A DNA stretch of 64,000 nucleotides. Source: Naegleria gruberi. Lineage: Eukaryota. Below the pieces are notes generated by a model that was not told the DNA's origin, searched no databases, and worked only from the letters and a program-made list of their open reading frames with translations. Position 1 is the first letter of the stretch; each line of letters starts with the position of its first letter. The translations under genes were made by a program, and so were the position numbers. The stretch lies in assembly GCA_000004985.1 (NCBI GenBank), contig GG738884.1. One strand, given 5' to 3'. Positions 20,920 through 32,656 of the stretch are shown one piece after another.

Positions 20920-21613
20920 ATATTTCAATTAAATTATTTGCTCCTTAATCTCAAGTTTCAATCGAAATTCTAAAGTGCATTCTACCAATACCATGTCTAA
21001 ATGTTTTCCACAAGAAACAAGATGAATTTCATTCGTTGTCACACTTACCATCAATGTCACTGAAAATTTCCTCGACCAATGGATTTGATAAATGATGAGG
21101 GAATGGATTTGAAAAGATAAGAATCAGAATCCTCATCTTTGTTTGATATTCCTATTTGAGGACCGATTGGTGACCTTTCGCATTGTTCAGCAAAGTTTAA
21201 CAAAATGAAAGTTCAATTCTGACAACCGAAGTTAAAGAACATATGATTTTTGTTAAACTTTAATGAACCAATTTATTGAACAAAAAGGCATCTATGATTC
21301 TTCGTTAACGTCATACAGTACAAGACTATTTGATATACTACACTTTTATTTAATTATTTGTTTACTTAGCCTCCTTAATTACTTTTTATTCATAAAGTTT
21401 GAGAATTGTAAATATTTCCAATTAAATTATTTTCTTAATATCTCAATTTGAGGATAACCTTCTTTTTGAATCAATATCATGGAAATTCAATTCCGTATTT
21501 CTAGAGAGATTACAAAATCTATTAATATCATGCTTGTTTTCAACAGTATTTCCAAGCAGAAATTGAACTTGCTGGGAAATTTCAATCGTCATTTTATAAA
21601 AAAATTTCTAAAC

Positions 21614-22731
21614 AATGAGCGTAAGTTTTGGATTTTAGCTAAATTTTTTTTATCATGATTTTAACACTGTGAACTCGAACTCGCTAATAATATTGTTGTG
21701 TTGCTTTACATTGATGAAACTACAAAATATTTACTACTTTTTGTGATGATTGTGGTGCTCTGTCTTCCTTTGTTTAAAAATTGTTATTTTATGATCATAA
21801 AATTGTACAATGAACTCTTCCTACTTGGTTAAACAATATTGCCACTGTGCCTAATTTTTCGACCCAAATAATGATGATAACACATAATGTTATTATATTG
21901 TACTCTCCATATAATAATAATTGTAATAATAATTTGATCAAATAGTCAAAACTTAAATTAACCTCCACACAAAAGAATACACTCCAACAATTCCGTAATA
22001 TTACATCAACATCCGAGAAGGTTGCCACAGATTTCCTCAAAAAGTCAAACTGGGAATTGGATAGAGCTGTTGATGATTATTACAATAGTACTAATGGTGG
22101 TTTGAGCTCTGTCACCTTGTCTAAAGAAATGGAAGAAGCCTTTGAAAAATACAAACAAGCCAGTAACAATACAAACGAAGACACTATCAACAATGTTACT
22201 CTTGATGGTATTTTGGAACTTGCCAAAGACTTGGAAACTGATCCAGAATCAGATCCTCTCATCTTTGTTTTATTCTACAAACTTGGTTGCAAGTCGGCCT
22301 ATAATATTACTCCTGATGAATGGAAGCAAGGTATGGGTGGTGATTTAAAGGTCACAAAGATGGATCAATTGAAGAAGAAGATTAGTCAAGTCAAGTCTGA
22401 TATTTACAATGATAATCAACTATTCAAAGACTTTTATGAATATGTTTTTGATTACTCTTTGGATGAAGGAGCAAAGACTGTTCCACCAGATATTGCTATC
22501 GGTCAATGGAAATTGATTATGAAGGGAAAGTACAAATTCTTGGATGCTTGGTGTGAATATATAGAAAAGGTCTTCAAGAAGGCTATTACAGCTGACACTT
22601 GGAAACTCTTCTTGGACTTTACCAAGAATTATGCCACTGGTGACTATAAGGATTACGATGCTGATGCAGGTGCTTGGCCAGTTGCTATTGATGATTTCTG
22701 TGTTTGGCATCAAGAAAAGTTGAAGAAATAA
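21614..22731 (+). CDS. DCN1-like cullin-neddylation factor (UBA-like plus PONY/DCUN1 domain). The model has a 6-nt first exon 21614..21619, a 326-nt intron, then 21946..22731.
   Basis: SKLKLTSTQKNTLQQFRNITSTSEKVATDFLKKSNWELDRAVDDYY matches the DCUN1D1 N-terminus (MNKLKSSQKDKVRQF...SEK...NDWKLDVATDNFF). The PONY domain (ILELAKDLETDPESDPLIFVLFYKLGCKS...WCEY) follows. ATGAGC|GTAAGT supplies the initiator. The exon-1 assignment is tentative. Confidence 0.55.
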
Positions 22732-22824
22732 ACATCTTCAACCTCTAGTGTAATAATATTATTAATTTTGCATTAATAGTTAAAAATTAAATTTAAAATT
22801 AAATAATTAAAAAAAATAATAACA

Positions 22825-23314
22825 ATGGTTGTCTTCAAACAAAGAACAGTTTCAATTTGTGCATCAAAGAGAGGTTTTCATCTTGTCACTGATAAAATTC
22901 TCAAACAAATTCAACAAGATTTAAATGGTGTTTCTATTGGATTATGTAATTTATTCATTCAACATACTTCGGCTTCATTGACAGTGAATGAAAATTATGA
23001 TCCTTCTGTTAGACACGATTTAGAAGAGTCTTTTAATAGGCTTGCACCTGAAAATCAATCATACTATCAACATACTATGGAAGGTTAGTTATTTAATAAT
23101 AATAAGAAGGATATTAATAATGGCATGATAATTGAATAATTTAGGCTCCGATGATATGCCTGCTCATATTAAAACTGTATTGATTGGTCCATCGATTACT
23201 ATTCCTATCACAAATGGAAAATTAAACCTTGGAACCTGGCAGGGCATCTACTTGTGCGAACATCGTGATCATCCTTCTGATAGAAAGATTGTTGTTACCA
23301 TTCAAGGACAATAA
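22825..23314 (+). CDS. UPF0047 / YjbQ-family protein. Two exons: 22825..23083 and 23145..23314.
   Basis: [21 protein letters not shown]...YYQHTMEG|[54 protein letters not shown] joined by a 61-nt GTTAGT...ATTTAG intron. The family signature is [10 protein letters not shown]...GTWQGI.L.EHR. Confidence 0.6.
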
Positions 23315-23407
23315 TTCATTTTCTATCGTAATTTGACAATTGTTATCATGAAAATATTCACACAAATTTATAGTTTATATTATTTAGAATCTAATGTTGG
23401 AATTATG

Positions 23408-24382
23408 TTAAATGGTATTGAATAACAACCCAAATAATTTTAAAATAATTAGTAATATTAATAGTACATTATTGATTTTCAATTTGGAGGAATTACTAGC
23501 AAGTTTATCCTGATTAATTCTCGAATTTTCAAAAATCCAATCTTTATAATTGTAAACTTTTGTAAAGACACTCCTTTTCCAAATCTTTCCACAACTATTG
23601 GTTGGACCAAAACTTGTCACACCAATTAATGATTTGTCGTTGCAAGTGTTTCCAAGTTGAATTAATGGGCCACCAGAATCACCTTGACTTTGAATTTTAA
23701 AATAGTTCTGAAATGATACAACATCAAAAACCTACCATGATGAATGACCATTACCCTTTCCAACACACCATTGATCTCTTTGCTCATTGAGCTCTAACCC
23801 CATTGAAGTACAGTCACTGATATTTGTAATATATGTAGGAGTTTCATGCAGTATTCTTTCATCATTGATTGTATCATATTCATTAGTGAATCCCCATCCA
23901 GCTATCATCAAACGAGATGTATTAGACCATGGTTGATTATAGTCTGATATCACTATAGAAAGATTAAGCATTGGAGTTTTAGTGTAGATAATTGCAAGGT
24001 CATTGATCATTTTAAAAGGAGAATATTCTGGGTGAACGATAATACGGTCAATTTCAATATTTTCACATTTGTTGTTTGTTAATTTTTGAAATTGATCCTG
24101 GCAATTTGAAAGATTCGTTTCGCCCAATACGATGGCAGTATTATCAATGTCGATTGGCGTTGTAAGGGCATCCCCTTTAAAACAACAGTGTGCTGCTGTT
24201 AGCACGTGATAATCCGAAATAATGGTTCCTGCACAGTAATGCATTCCATTCTTTTGAAGGGATACCAAAAAAGGATAATTACTTTTATCAGCCACAGTTC
24301 CTCCCATAATATTATTCGATTGATACGAAAAACACACCAAACACAACATCACAAAGCAAATCCACACAATCAATTGAGACAT
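23408..24382 (-). CDS. Trypsin-like (S1) serine protease with a signal peptide and a C-terminal hydrophobic anchor. Two exons: 23736..24382 and 23408..23687.
   Basis: IMGGTVADKSNYPFLVSL, LTAAHC (His), DLAIIY (Asp) and, across a 48-nt GTAGGT...TTCAAAG intron, SCQGDSGGPL (Ser) plus GVYTKVYNYKDWI. The tail LLILLIILKLFGLLF suggests a GPI or TM anchor. Confidence 0.65.
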
Positions 24383-24425
24383 TTTTTCAATACATGAATT
24401 GTTGCTCCAAATTTCATTTAAAAGT

Positions 24426-25431
24426 TTAATGTTGGTTGAGTACTTTATTGGAACGCCTAGTTAAACAACAAATTGTTCCACAAGTTGCACAGAACATTAT
24501 GGTTAATATTGGTAAAAAGGTACCAAAGAATGCACCAAATAATGCACTACTTCTTGGTTGGAAAACAACTGCTGGTTTGCAATAGTCATTGATTTCGGCC
24601 ATGACTGGAAAATGAACTTGTACCTTATATTCTGTTCCTGGATCAATACTTGAAGCATAGAAAATAACACCATCATCAGATTTTGTTTTTGAAGTTGGAT
24701 TTGCCACATATTGAGAAGATGTTGTATTCATATTATCAAAGATTACCGTACATTTGAAGGTCTTGACTTTGGCAATGGTATCACTGAAAGAGTATCTTAT
24801 TAGAGATTTCTTTCGAATAGTTTCAATATGAAATTTCACAACCACTAAAAACTTACATTTTTAGTTTCATCATAAAAGAGTAGCCCTGTAGCATAGTATT
24901 CATGTGAGAGTGTGAGTCTTGTAGCTCTAGATGTGGTTTCTCTAATGTCACTATGAAGCTTGAAACCAATAAATGGATCATCCTCTTTTGGGCTTATCCA
25001 TGTCACTTCCGATGAATAGAAACCTCCACCACTCAACATTTGTGGATCATAATTATCAATACCCACAACTAGGGAAAAGGGAATATATCTATCAATGGTC
25101 TTTGTTCCGACAGGTAGAGTATATGTGACAGCCTTATTATTTCAACAAATACATTGTTATGAACAAAATGAATGAAACTCACCTCAACAACCTTAGTCTT
25201 ATAACATCCCATTGAGTAGGTTGAGGGATCCAAGCTAACATATATTATCGTATCTACGTATTCAATTGTATAGGGAGCGGCTAATCCCTTTTCAATAATT
25301 CCCAACAATGAAACCATCATCGTCATCATTAATATTATCGTAAATTTCCAATAATAATTATACAATCCTCTCAGACGAGTTTTCCTCGATGAACAACTCT
25401 TGTTATTACTATTGATGATATTAGCCATCAT
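24426..25431 (-). CDS. Membrane protein of about 300 aa with three exons: 25183..25431, 24857..25132 and 24426..24809. The N-terminal signal-anchor and C-terminal TM are predicted.
   Basis: The three minus-strand ORFs are linked by 50-nt (GTGAGT...AATAAG) and 47-nt (GTAAGT...TTCGAAAG) introns. TM segments are FTIILMMTMMVSLLGII and LFGAFFGTFLPILTIMFCATCGTICC. Confidence 0.45.
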
Positions 25432-26132
25432 GATGAGTTATGTAACCGTTGGATTTGAGTCAATTTTTTTCAAGGTAATTGAAATGAACCTTAAACGAAC
25501 TTTGCCGCCAAAAGTATCAATATTTTATAACAAAAGAATACAAGGAATTGATTATGAAAAATCATTCGAATAAGCAAATTATGAATCGAAGAACAGGTCA
25601 ACCCAAGTGAAAGGCCAAGATTATATGAACTGCTAATGGAATTACTCAATCAGTTATTATGAATAATGATAATGCATTCGAATATTAAATCACTGCTGCA
25701 GTATCCTTTTGATGAGAAAACATATCAGAACCAATCACTGAACTGTTTGAATTAAACTCATCTTTCAATGTTTAGAAAATATTCAATCACATTCGTTGTT
25801 CTCCACACTTTAAGATATTGAGAGGACGTTAAATAATAAACGAAGGTTTACAATATACAGCAGCCTTAAATATCAACAAACCCAATTCCCTAAAACGACT
25901 TCTGATTTTTGATCTTTGTTTCATTTCACTTATGTATTTGGCTCTTCATCATCAATTTGATTGTCATCACAATAAAGTGATGTTAATTGTTTCATTTATA
26001 TTTGCTACACTATTTCGGAATTGAATAACAATTACAAGGTTCAACTTTGAATTTTACTAACCAATAACATTTCCATTGCAATTCAATTGCAAACAATTTC
26101 TAATTTTCAAAACTAAAACTCTAAAAAACAAA

Positions 26133-27551
26133 ATGACAAGAAAAACCAAAGAGGCCCACTCTACACAGAAAAAGAAGAAGATTTCCGAAAAGTCTTACTT
26201 TCAACCTTTAACACAAACTGGCACTGGTCTTCACTTGGACAGTTGGCCAAATAATTTGTGGGAAAAGTTGAATCCAGATTATACCTATGATCCATTAGAT
26301 AGATTCCGACCATTTCAATCCATGTTGTGTCTATAGGATGGTCATGAACATCCGTATAAAGAGGAAGGTGGGTTAGAGCTGATTCCTGGCTTTGCTTCAA
26401 TAGCAACCGAATATTTCAAAGCGACTGATGTTAAATTTAGAGATGGTCAATTGATGAGAGAGAAGAATCCGTGGGTTAGTCCCTATCATGTCAAATTTAC
26501 ATTGGATGAAGATAAACCATTGCTTGGACTCATTAGAAAGATAAAGAGAGTTCCAGTGGATTGGAATTTAAAAGAAAATTTAGAACCTCAAATTTCAGCA
26601 AATTCAGATGCTGTAGATCAATATTTGGAATATTTAACAAACATTGTAAAGGAGCATGATGAAATTCCATATTTTCCAATTCAAAAGGGTGATTTTGTAT
26701 TTTTTGATGTTAGAAGTCCTCATCAAAATTCAAACTCTAATCGGTTGACTCATCCAAGATGTGTATTTTATCATGCCTACTCTATGACTCATGATATCAA
26801 TAGAGATACCATCGAGGCACTCAGGGAAAAGAGAAAAACCTTTGAACATCCTGATGATTTCAGTTCAAGTTTCAAAATGGAACAACAGTCAATGGATCCT
26901 CAAAATCCAAATCATTTAATTCCACTTACCACTCTTGGAGAATGTCTTTACAATGAGAAAAGCTATGAGGAAACAATATTTTCGGAACAAATTGAGGAAA
27001 AAGATGAGAATGGTCAAGTAAGAAATTTGACACGTTTTGAGAAAATCTATGAGCAACATTCTCACATGCTTACCAAACGTCATTTGGACTTTTTCCACAG
27101 ATACGGATATGTTGTGGTAGAAAATGTAATTAATGAACAAGTTTGTAATCAATTATTGAAAGAATTGGGAGAATTTTCAGAAAAATCAAATTGTCCACTT
27201 CCTGTTGACACCATTATTAACAAGACTGGAAAGTATGAAAAGATGAATGTTTCCAAAGGAGAATTTAGAAATATTTCAAATCCTTTTGGTGCCATGATTG
27301 AGTTCTATCACTTACCTACACAACAAAAATTAAGAATGGATGAAATTCTCTATGTTTGTACAGTTAAAATGCTTTCGAATACTTGGTGTAGCAATTTAAA
27401 TATTTCACAGGAATTGCAACAGTCAGATTCGATACCAGGTCAATCCATACCTCATTGGAAATATCAATGTCCAATAGAAGCTCAATTGGATCCTAGAAAA
27501 TTGTGGCTCTACGTGGATAGAATGAACTTTAGACTTCCAGACAAAAAATAA
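26133..27551 (+). CDS. Hypothetical protein of about 470 aa, interrupted by an in-frame TAG at 26334..26336. It has weak 2OG-Fe(II)/PhyH-like motifs.
   Basis: ORF 26076..26336 (real ATG 26133) and ORF 26451..27551 share a frame and are separated only by TAG. KGDFVFFDVRSPHQNSNSNRLTHPRCVFYHAY and GYVVVENVINEQVCNQLLKEL are reminiscent of PhyH-type dioxygenases but in an unusual order. The call is low confidence. Confidence 0.35.
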
Positions 27552-27606
27552 AACCATTTTTGAGATAGGTTAACAATTGATTAAGGTCATTTTATTAATA
27601 ATGTAA

Positions 27607-27679
27607 GGGGATGTAGCTCACATGGTAGAGCGCTTCTTTAGCATGGAAGAGGTACGGGGATCGATACCCCGCATCTCCA
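27607..27679 (+). tRNA. tRNA-Ala (anticodon AGC).
   Basis: Cloverleaf: acceptor GGGGATG/CATCTCC with the G3:U70 alanine identity pair, D-arm GCTC-ACATGGTA-GAGC, anticodon stem CTTCT/GGAAG with loop TTAGCAT, T-arm CGGGG-ATCGATA-CCCCG, discriminator A. A downstream T-run (CTTTTTATTTT) fits a Pol III terminator. There is no intron and no encoded CCA. Confidence 0.85.
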
Positions 27680-27764
27680 ACTTCCTTTTTATTTTCCCTT
27701 CCCGACTTTTCTTGATACTATTTATTTTAGCGTCAACTTTATTACAGTTTTAAAAACGAAAAAA

Positions 27765-28127
27765 TTACCTCACCTCAAAACGACCATTTGGAGTCTTTTC
27801 GCTAGTTGAGAGACTTTTAAATTTTCTAATGATTTCCTTCTCGTGATGATCCCGAACAGATTTTTCAAATTGTTTAAGACATTCCATGGCAGTGCTATCC
27901 TTATGTAGAGTTGCTTGATTCTTATGTGCGATTCTTTGATTGGATTTAATATCTTGATGATGAAAAGGTTGGGAAATAACGTGATGGTCATTCTCGGAAG
28001 AAGTTGATCCCTCTTTGGAGGCTCGTATGTGGAGAAATGATGAAACCACTCTTTCAGTATTTCTCTCTTCTGTATAATGAGTGAAACGCGACAATACTTG
28101 TATGGATGATGTTGTGTTATGAGACAT
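27765..28127 (-). CDS. Small hypothetical protein of 120 aa, His- and Ser-rich.
   Basis: ORF only, no recognisable motifs. It lies directly downstream of the tRNA on the opposite strand. Confidence 0.25.
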   Translation of the reverse strand: MSHNTTSSIQVLSRFTHYTEERNTERVVSSFLHIRASKEGSTSSENDHHVISQPFHHQDIKSNQRIAHKNQATLHKDSTAMECLKQFEKSVRDHHEKEIIRKFKSLSTSEKTPNGRFEVR

Positions 28128-28176
28128 TTTTTTGGTTTATGATTTACTGACTTTCGAATACAACAATAGGAATAGT

Positions 28177-29290
28177 TTATTGTTTGGCACTACATCTTGC
28201 GCCAACTACAAGATTATTACCAAGCTGAACCCAATCAATCTTGCCAATAATTTTTGCTGGTAACGGTTTTCCGTTTAGTAATTGTTCAAACTTTGCCTTA
28301 TTGGTATCTCTAAGACAGACCTTATCTTTTCCTTTGTAATCACCAGTTGTCTTCAAAACATAGAGATCGTTTTTTTGATCGTATCTGAAAATTCCACTCT
28401 TTCCAATCAGATCATTCTCATTGTTGAGTTTGGATAGGTCAATATTCTTATCTTTGGCTGCAGAAGAAGTTGTATTGCTTGATGCCTTATTGGATTTGTC
28501 ATTCTTTGATGATTTTTGGGAGGAGTTATCATCAGTTTTATCTGATCTAAAGACACTTAATAGCTTCTCCAAAAACGAAGGATCTTTTTTTGTGCAAATT
28601 TCCTCAACCTTTTCACTGTAGGCTTTATAGATGGCATGTTTTTGAGAATATTTGACCCAGATAGGATGGTTTTCTTTGGACAACTTGTCAACAATTTTCT
28701 TCACCTTTTTTGAATCAGATCCGTGTTCATTCATTAGAACAGTAATTCTTTCTAAATCCAAACCAACATACAAGTAATAGAGAACATAAGTCCTGTCCTT
28801 CTTTGCCAAAATAGTTAGAGACTTGAAGGTTTCTGGATCAATGTGCTCATTAACGCATTTGTCAAATGAAACAAGGTTGGTTTTTTTGGATTCGAGAAAA
28901 TTTGTAATTCCTTCCTTTCTCAACTTTTTGGATTCTCTCTCAAGTTTCATCTTGATCAGTTGTTTTTCTAGTTGGTATCTGTCTGCAGCTTTTTCATTCT
29001 TTCCACCATTCCTATTTCCTCCAACACTTGAACTTGGTCTGTTGACTTGGCTGCCTTCGTTGCGATAACCAGAGAATCCATTACCACCTTGTTTTTGGTA
29101 GACGAATGTTTGAGAAGATGGTGCAGATGTTGTGGAATTCACTCTTCTGCTTTCAACAACAAGATCGAGAGCATCCTTTGCTTCAGCAATTGAAATGCCG
29201 AATCTTTGACCCACTTTCAAGATGAGTACATCTTTTGTATCGCCACTGTTGCTTTGGATGAAATTGATAATTTCTTGATTAGAATTCATG
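28177..29290 (-). CDS. Hypothetical protein of about 370 aa with a possible N-terminal UBA/CUE-like helical module.
   Basis: Real ATG at 29290 (MNSNQEIINFIQ...). DTKDVLILKVGQRFGISIAEAKDALDLV resembles a UBA-like three-helix bundle. The middle is basic and Ser-rich; the C-terminus has no assignment. Confidence 0.4.
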
Positions 29291-29445
29291 ATCGATTTAC
29301 GTATTTTTTTTAAGAATAGTTGGCGAAGTGACAAGTTAAAAGAAACGTGAAAAGGACAAACAATTCCTTGTTGTAAAATCAACGGAATTGAATGCTTTAT
29401 TTTTGTACTTTTCACGTTTTAGACGGAATGGTATGACTCACTGCT

Positions 29446-30711
29446 ATGATCAATATCAAAGAAAAAATGTTAACACTTGACAATCACCTTGCCAATATCA
29501 TCAATAATTACATTTTACTTGCCAAAGTCAACAAACAACAAGCATTTGACGACTTGGTAAAGGACGAACAAACATTGAACTTCCTCGCCAACAGATTTGG
29601 ATCTGTAGAATTACAGAATGCCCTGGCCCAGCTCGATCAAGATTGTAATAATGAGTCAAATCTCTCTCTTAGCCAATCATTGAAGCATGGAAAGGAACCA
29701 GTCAATTCAACATCCACTTTTGAAAAAAACTTAAAACACTCTCTCAAATCATTTGAAGACAGCGACAGTGATGACGACGATAAAAGTGGCTGGGAAGAAA
29801 CTCAAGCTCTTTATGAAGAATTGTGGAAGAGAAAGAGGCAGACAGAAGAACAGTCCATTAAAGAATCACACCAAAAGAAGGAAAAGAAATCCAATGTTGT
29901 GCCAATTTGTCAAGATTACAGGGTTGGATTTTGCAGATATGAAAATATTGCACACATTGGCAAATGTAAATTTAGACATGAGGGAAAACGACCAACTAAT
30001 TTCGCTTTTACTCTAACGCCAGCTACACCTTCTGAAGACCAAACATGGAGAACCAAATTCGTTCAAGCTTTTGAAGGGGGAAATGTTACTGTCACTTCAA
30101 TTCAAAAGATTGAAAATAAGACTTTGGAGACAATGTACAAATTGAAAAGTGAAGAAATAAGAAACAGAAGAAAGATTGAAGAAATCTCAAACTTTGAACC
30201 TTACCTCTACCATGGAACTACAGAACAAGCTTTAAATTCTATCATGACATATGGAATTAACATACCATCTGATTACAAAGCAGATCCTACGTGTCCAGTG
30301 AGTGGAAAGTTGCCAATCTCCATTTGTAAAAATGATTGTAAACTTTGCACACAAGCAAGACATTGCTGGGGAAATTGTCACATGTATGGATTGGGTGCTT
30401 ATTTTGCTGATAAGAGTGTAAAGAGTGATCGTTACGTATATGATACAAATGGAGCCAAAGATCATAAAACGGGAAGAAAGATGCTTGTTTGTAAACTATT
30501 TCCAGGAAAGGTTAAAACAATTGATACACATCTAAACAAACAAGATCAACACCATGATGACATTCTCCCTCCTTCTGGTTATGACAGTGTATTTGCTAAA
30601 GGATTGGGATCAAATGCAAAGGTTGGATTTAGTGTAATCAATTCAGAATTCATTATTTTTCATCCATATCAATGTCTTCCACTCTATCTCATTACTTATA
30701 ATAAAGCTTAA
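29446..30711 (+). CDS. Poly(ADP-ribose) polymerase with an N-terminal CCCH-type zinc finger and a PARP1-like catalytic core retaining the H-Y-E triad. A Cys-rich insertion sits in the donor-site region.
   Basis: CQDYRVGFCRYENIAHIGKCKFRHE (CCCH); YLYHGTTEQALNSIM (His); HMYGLGAYFADKSVKSDRY (compare PARP1 GKGIYFADMVSKSANY); VINSEFIIFHPYQ (compare PARP1 YNEYIVY, Glu retained). The insertion is CPVSGKLPISICKNDCKLCTQARHCWGNC. Confidence 0.7.
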   Translation: MINIKEKMLTLDNHLANIINNYILLAKVNKQQAFDDLVKDEQTLNFLANRFGSVELQNALAQLDQDCNNESNLSLSQSLKHGKEPVNSTSTFEKNLKHSLKSFEDSDSDDDDKSGWEETQALYEELWKRKRQTEEQSIKESHQKKEKKSNVVPICQDYRVGFCRYENIAHIGKCKFRHEGKRPTNFAFTLTPATPSEDQTWRTKFVQAFEGGNVTVTSIQKIENKTLETMYKLKSEEIRNRRKIEEISNFEPYLYHGTTEQALNSIMTYGINIPSDYKADPTCPVSGKLPISICKNDCKLCTQARHCWGNCHMYGLGAYFADKSVKSDRYVYDTNGAKDHKTGRKMLVCKLFPGKVKTIDTHLNKQDQHHDDILPPSGYDSVFAKGLGSNAKVGFSVINSEFIIFHPYQCLPLYLITYNKA

Positions 30712-30712
30712 T

Positions 30713-31613
30713 TTATTTCAATTCTTCCCAGTTGCCAATCGATAATCTAATCATTTTACTTCCTTTTGGCATTCCAAGTTTAATACTGGCATCAACAATT
30801 CCAGTTTTTTGGACAATTCCAGAAATTCTATTTGGCAGAACAGATCCATTTCTTTCCGATTTGATAACATTGAAATTTTCCAAATCAAGACAAGCTCTTC
30901 CTCCAACCTGATTATCATATTGACCAATACAGTCAAGTAGATAGCCATATCTCTTGTACAAGGTGAACCAACTCTCTTCCAACTAAATCTTCAATCGAAT
31001 TTAAAGAGCTCAAATCTATACTTGGGAAGGAAAAGATTTTCTTTGGATTGTGATTGCTAGTACTGCTACTCTTGTTGGATCCTTCTCCTCTATTGGATGG
31101 TTTCTTCATAGTAATAGCATTGGGTCTAGTGCTCTCTGATAAAGGAGCCTTCGAAGATTTGTTGGCAGACATTGATCCAAATGAGCCTAAACCACCTCCG
31201 TTGGAAAACAAAGCTGCCTTCTCGATATGAGAATCCAAGCAATCTTTCAACAAACATTGTTCCTTCCATTGTTTGTAAATGTCATTGTCTTCAATGAGTG
31301 AAATGTAATGTAACAAATTCTCTCTAATGACATATTTCTTTTTCAATGAGTGAGAGAAGTAGTCATTAATCATGGTGAAAGAATAGCTTGCTTTCATCAA
31401 CATTAGAATTTCAAGAAGTATAATGTTGAAAGAAGGCCCGGAAGGGTTTTCGTCAAGAACGGTTTCTAATTCGTTAATTGTTAATTGTTCGTATGAATTT
31501 TTGAAACCATTCGAAAGTACACTATTAGCAATGTTGGAAACAATCACGCAGTGATCATCTCTTTTGGTGTTGTTGAATTCCCGTTTCGTGAGATCAAAGA
31601 ACAAGCTGGACAT
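30713..31613 (-). CDS. Hypothetical protein embedded in the PARP/ARH cluster. Two exons, with the junction near 30965-31015.
   Basis: ORF 30933..31613 (MSSLFFDLTKREF...) and ORF 30713..30982 overlap in different frames. A 46-nt GTATAG...TTGGAAG intron is the most economical join. No domain was recognised. Confidence 0.35.
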
Positions 31614-31660
31614 TTTTTTTAATAAAAGAATTATTTCGAAAGTGACTCACTCATCACGTT

Positions 31661-32656
31661 TTATTGATTGGTATTCATTTCTACGTCAAACATTTCGTCT
31701 AAAGCAACTTTATCAATTTGATTTTTAAACAAGGTTTCAATGTCTTTGTTACCTTTGAAAAATTGATAAGCACCCTCAAGCATTTGTAAAGTTGATTCGT
31801 CGTGAACTTTCTTCCAACTCATTAAGTAATTTCTCAAGTTTTCTCTGCTAAAGTTATTAATAATGAATGTAATATCGTAAACTGGAAGAGGTCCTGTGCT
31901 TACACTGTTTTTGGCACTTTGTGAGTTTTCAGTTTTGGCTTGATTCGATTCGGATATTTCATTATTTGAATTTTCCAGTTTAGAATCAGTTGATCGTGTT
32001 TCTATTTCTTCACTGGCCAAAGATGGAGTAATTTCTTTGAGTTTTGTTTCGGGAGGAAGGTAATTGGGGTCATTAAGTATTAAACTCATGGTAAGACTCA
32101 AGGACATGTTGAAAACTTCATCTTGAGTGTCTTGATCCTCTGGTTTTACATTTTCATCAATTACAGTTGTGTTAGTAACATCATTTGGTGGCCTATAAAC
32201 AGTTTTTCCATCTCCAGAAGCTGTCAAATTATTTTCTTCACTTTTGACATTTGATGACTCGGTATTCCCTTCCTTTTTTTCAAAAGAACTTTCATCAAAT
32301 CCCTGATCCTTTGATGAATTATAACTTGGACACTGGAAAGTATCCATCTTTCGTGGAAGTAAATTCAAAAAATGATTCATAATGATATGAGAAGAATTCT
32401 CCTTTTCTTGATTGATGAATGCATAAAGATGTGAGAGAGAATCAGGTAAGAAGAATTCACTTGTATTTGAATTGATCTCCCTTGAAGTACTTTCCAAGTT
32501 GGAATTTTGAGAAAATGAAGAAAATTCTTGTTCTGATGTTGCTGATCTTTGAGGTGGTAAACGAGAAAGAAACAGAGAAATAATTCCATCTTCACGTTCT
32601 CTCATCACGTTTCTGGTGAAATCTCGAAGTAATAACACACATTCTGATTCTTTCAT
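31661..32656 (-). CDS. Hypothetical acidic Ser-rich protein of about 330 aa.
   Basis: ATG at 32656 (MKESECVLLLRDF) is preferred over the in-frame ATG at 32713, which would lie 4 nt from the ARH stop codon. The middle is low-complexity. The C-terminus is YQFFKGNKDIETLFKNQIDKVALDEMF. Confidence 0.35.
   Translation of the reverse strand: MKESECVLLLRDFTRNVMREREDGIISLFLSRLPPQRSATSEQEFSSFSQNSNLESTSREINSNTSEFFLPDSLSHLYAFINQEKENSSHIIMNHFLNLLPRKMDTFQCPSYNSSKDQGFDESSFEKKEGNTESSNVKSEENNLTASGDGKTVYRPPNDVTNTTVIDENVKPEDQDTQDEVFNMSLSLTMSLILNDPNYLPPETKLKEITPSLASEEIETRSTDSKLENSNNEISESNQAKTENSQSAKNSVSTGPLPVYDITFIINNFSRENLRNYLMSWKKVHDESTLQMLEGAYQFFKGNKDIETLFKNQIDKVALDEMFDVEMNTNQ

Noticed and set aside
21795-22040. 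ORF 21795..22040 (minus) as a gene
   Set aside because: It lies within the proposed first intron and 5' region of the DCN1-like gene. It is AT-rich with no motifs, and the sense-strand UBA-like exon explains the 3' part.
26451-27551. Confident call of a PhyH-type 2OG-Fe(II) dioxygenase
   Set aside because: Only two short motif-like stretches match, and they occur in the reverse of the canonical order. I could not identify the HxD...H iron triad, so the assignment was kept as weak.
27552-27764. Retroelement or repeat associated with the tRNA gene
   Set aside because: No terminal repeats, target-site duplication or RT/integrase-like frames flank the tRNA. The neighbouring ORF 27765..28127 has no mobile-element signature.
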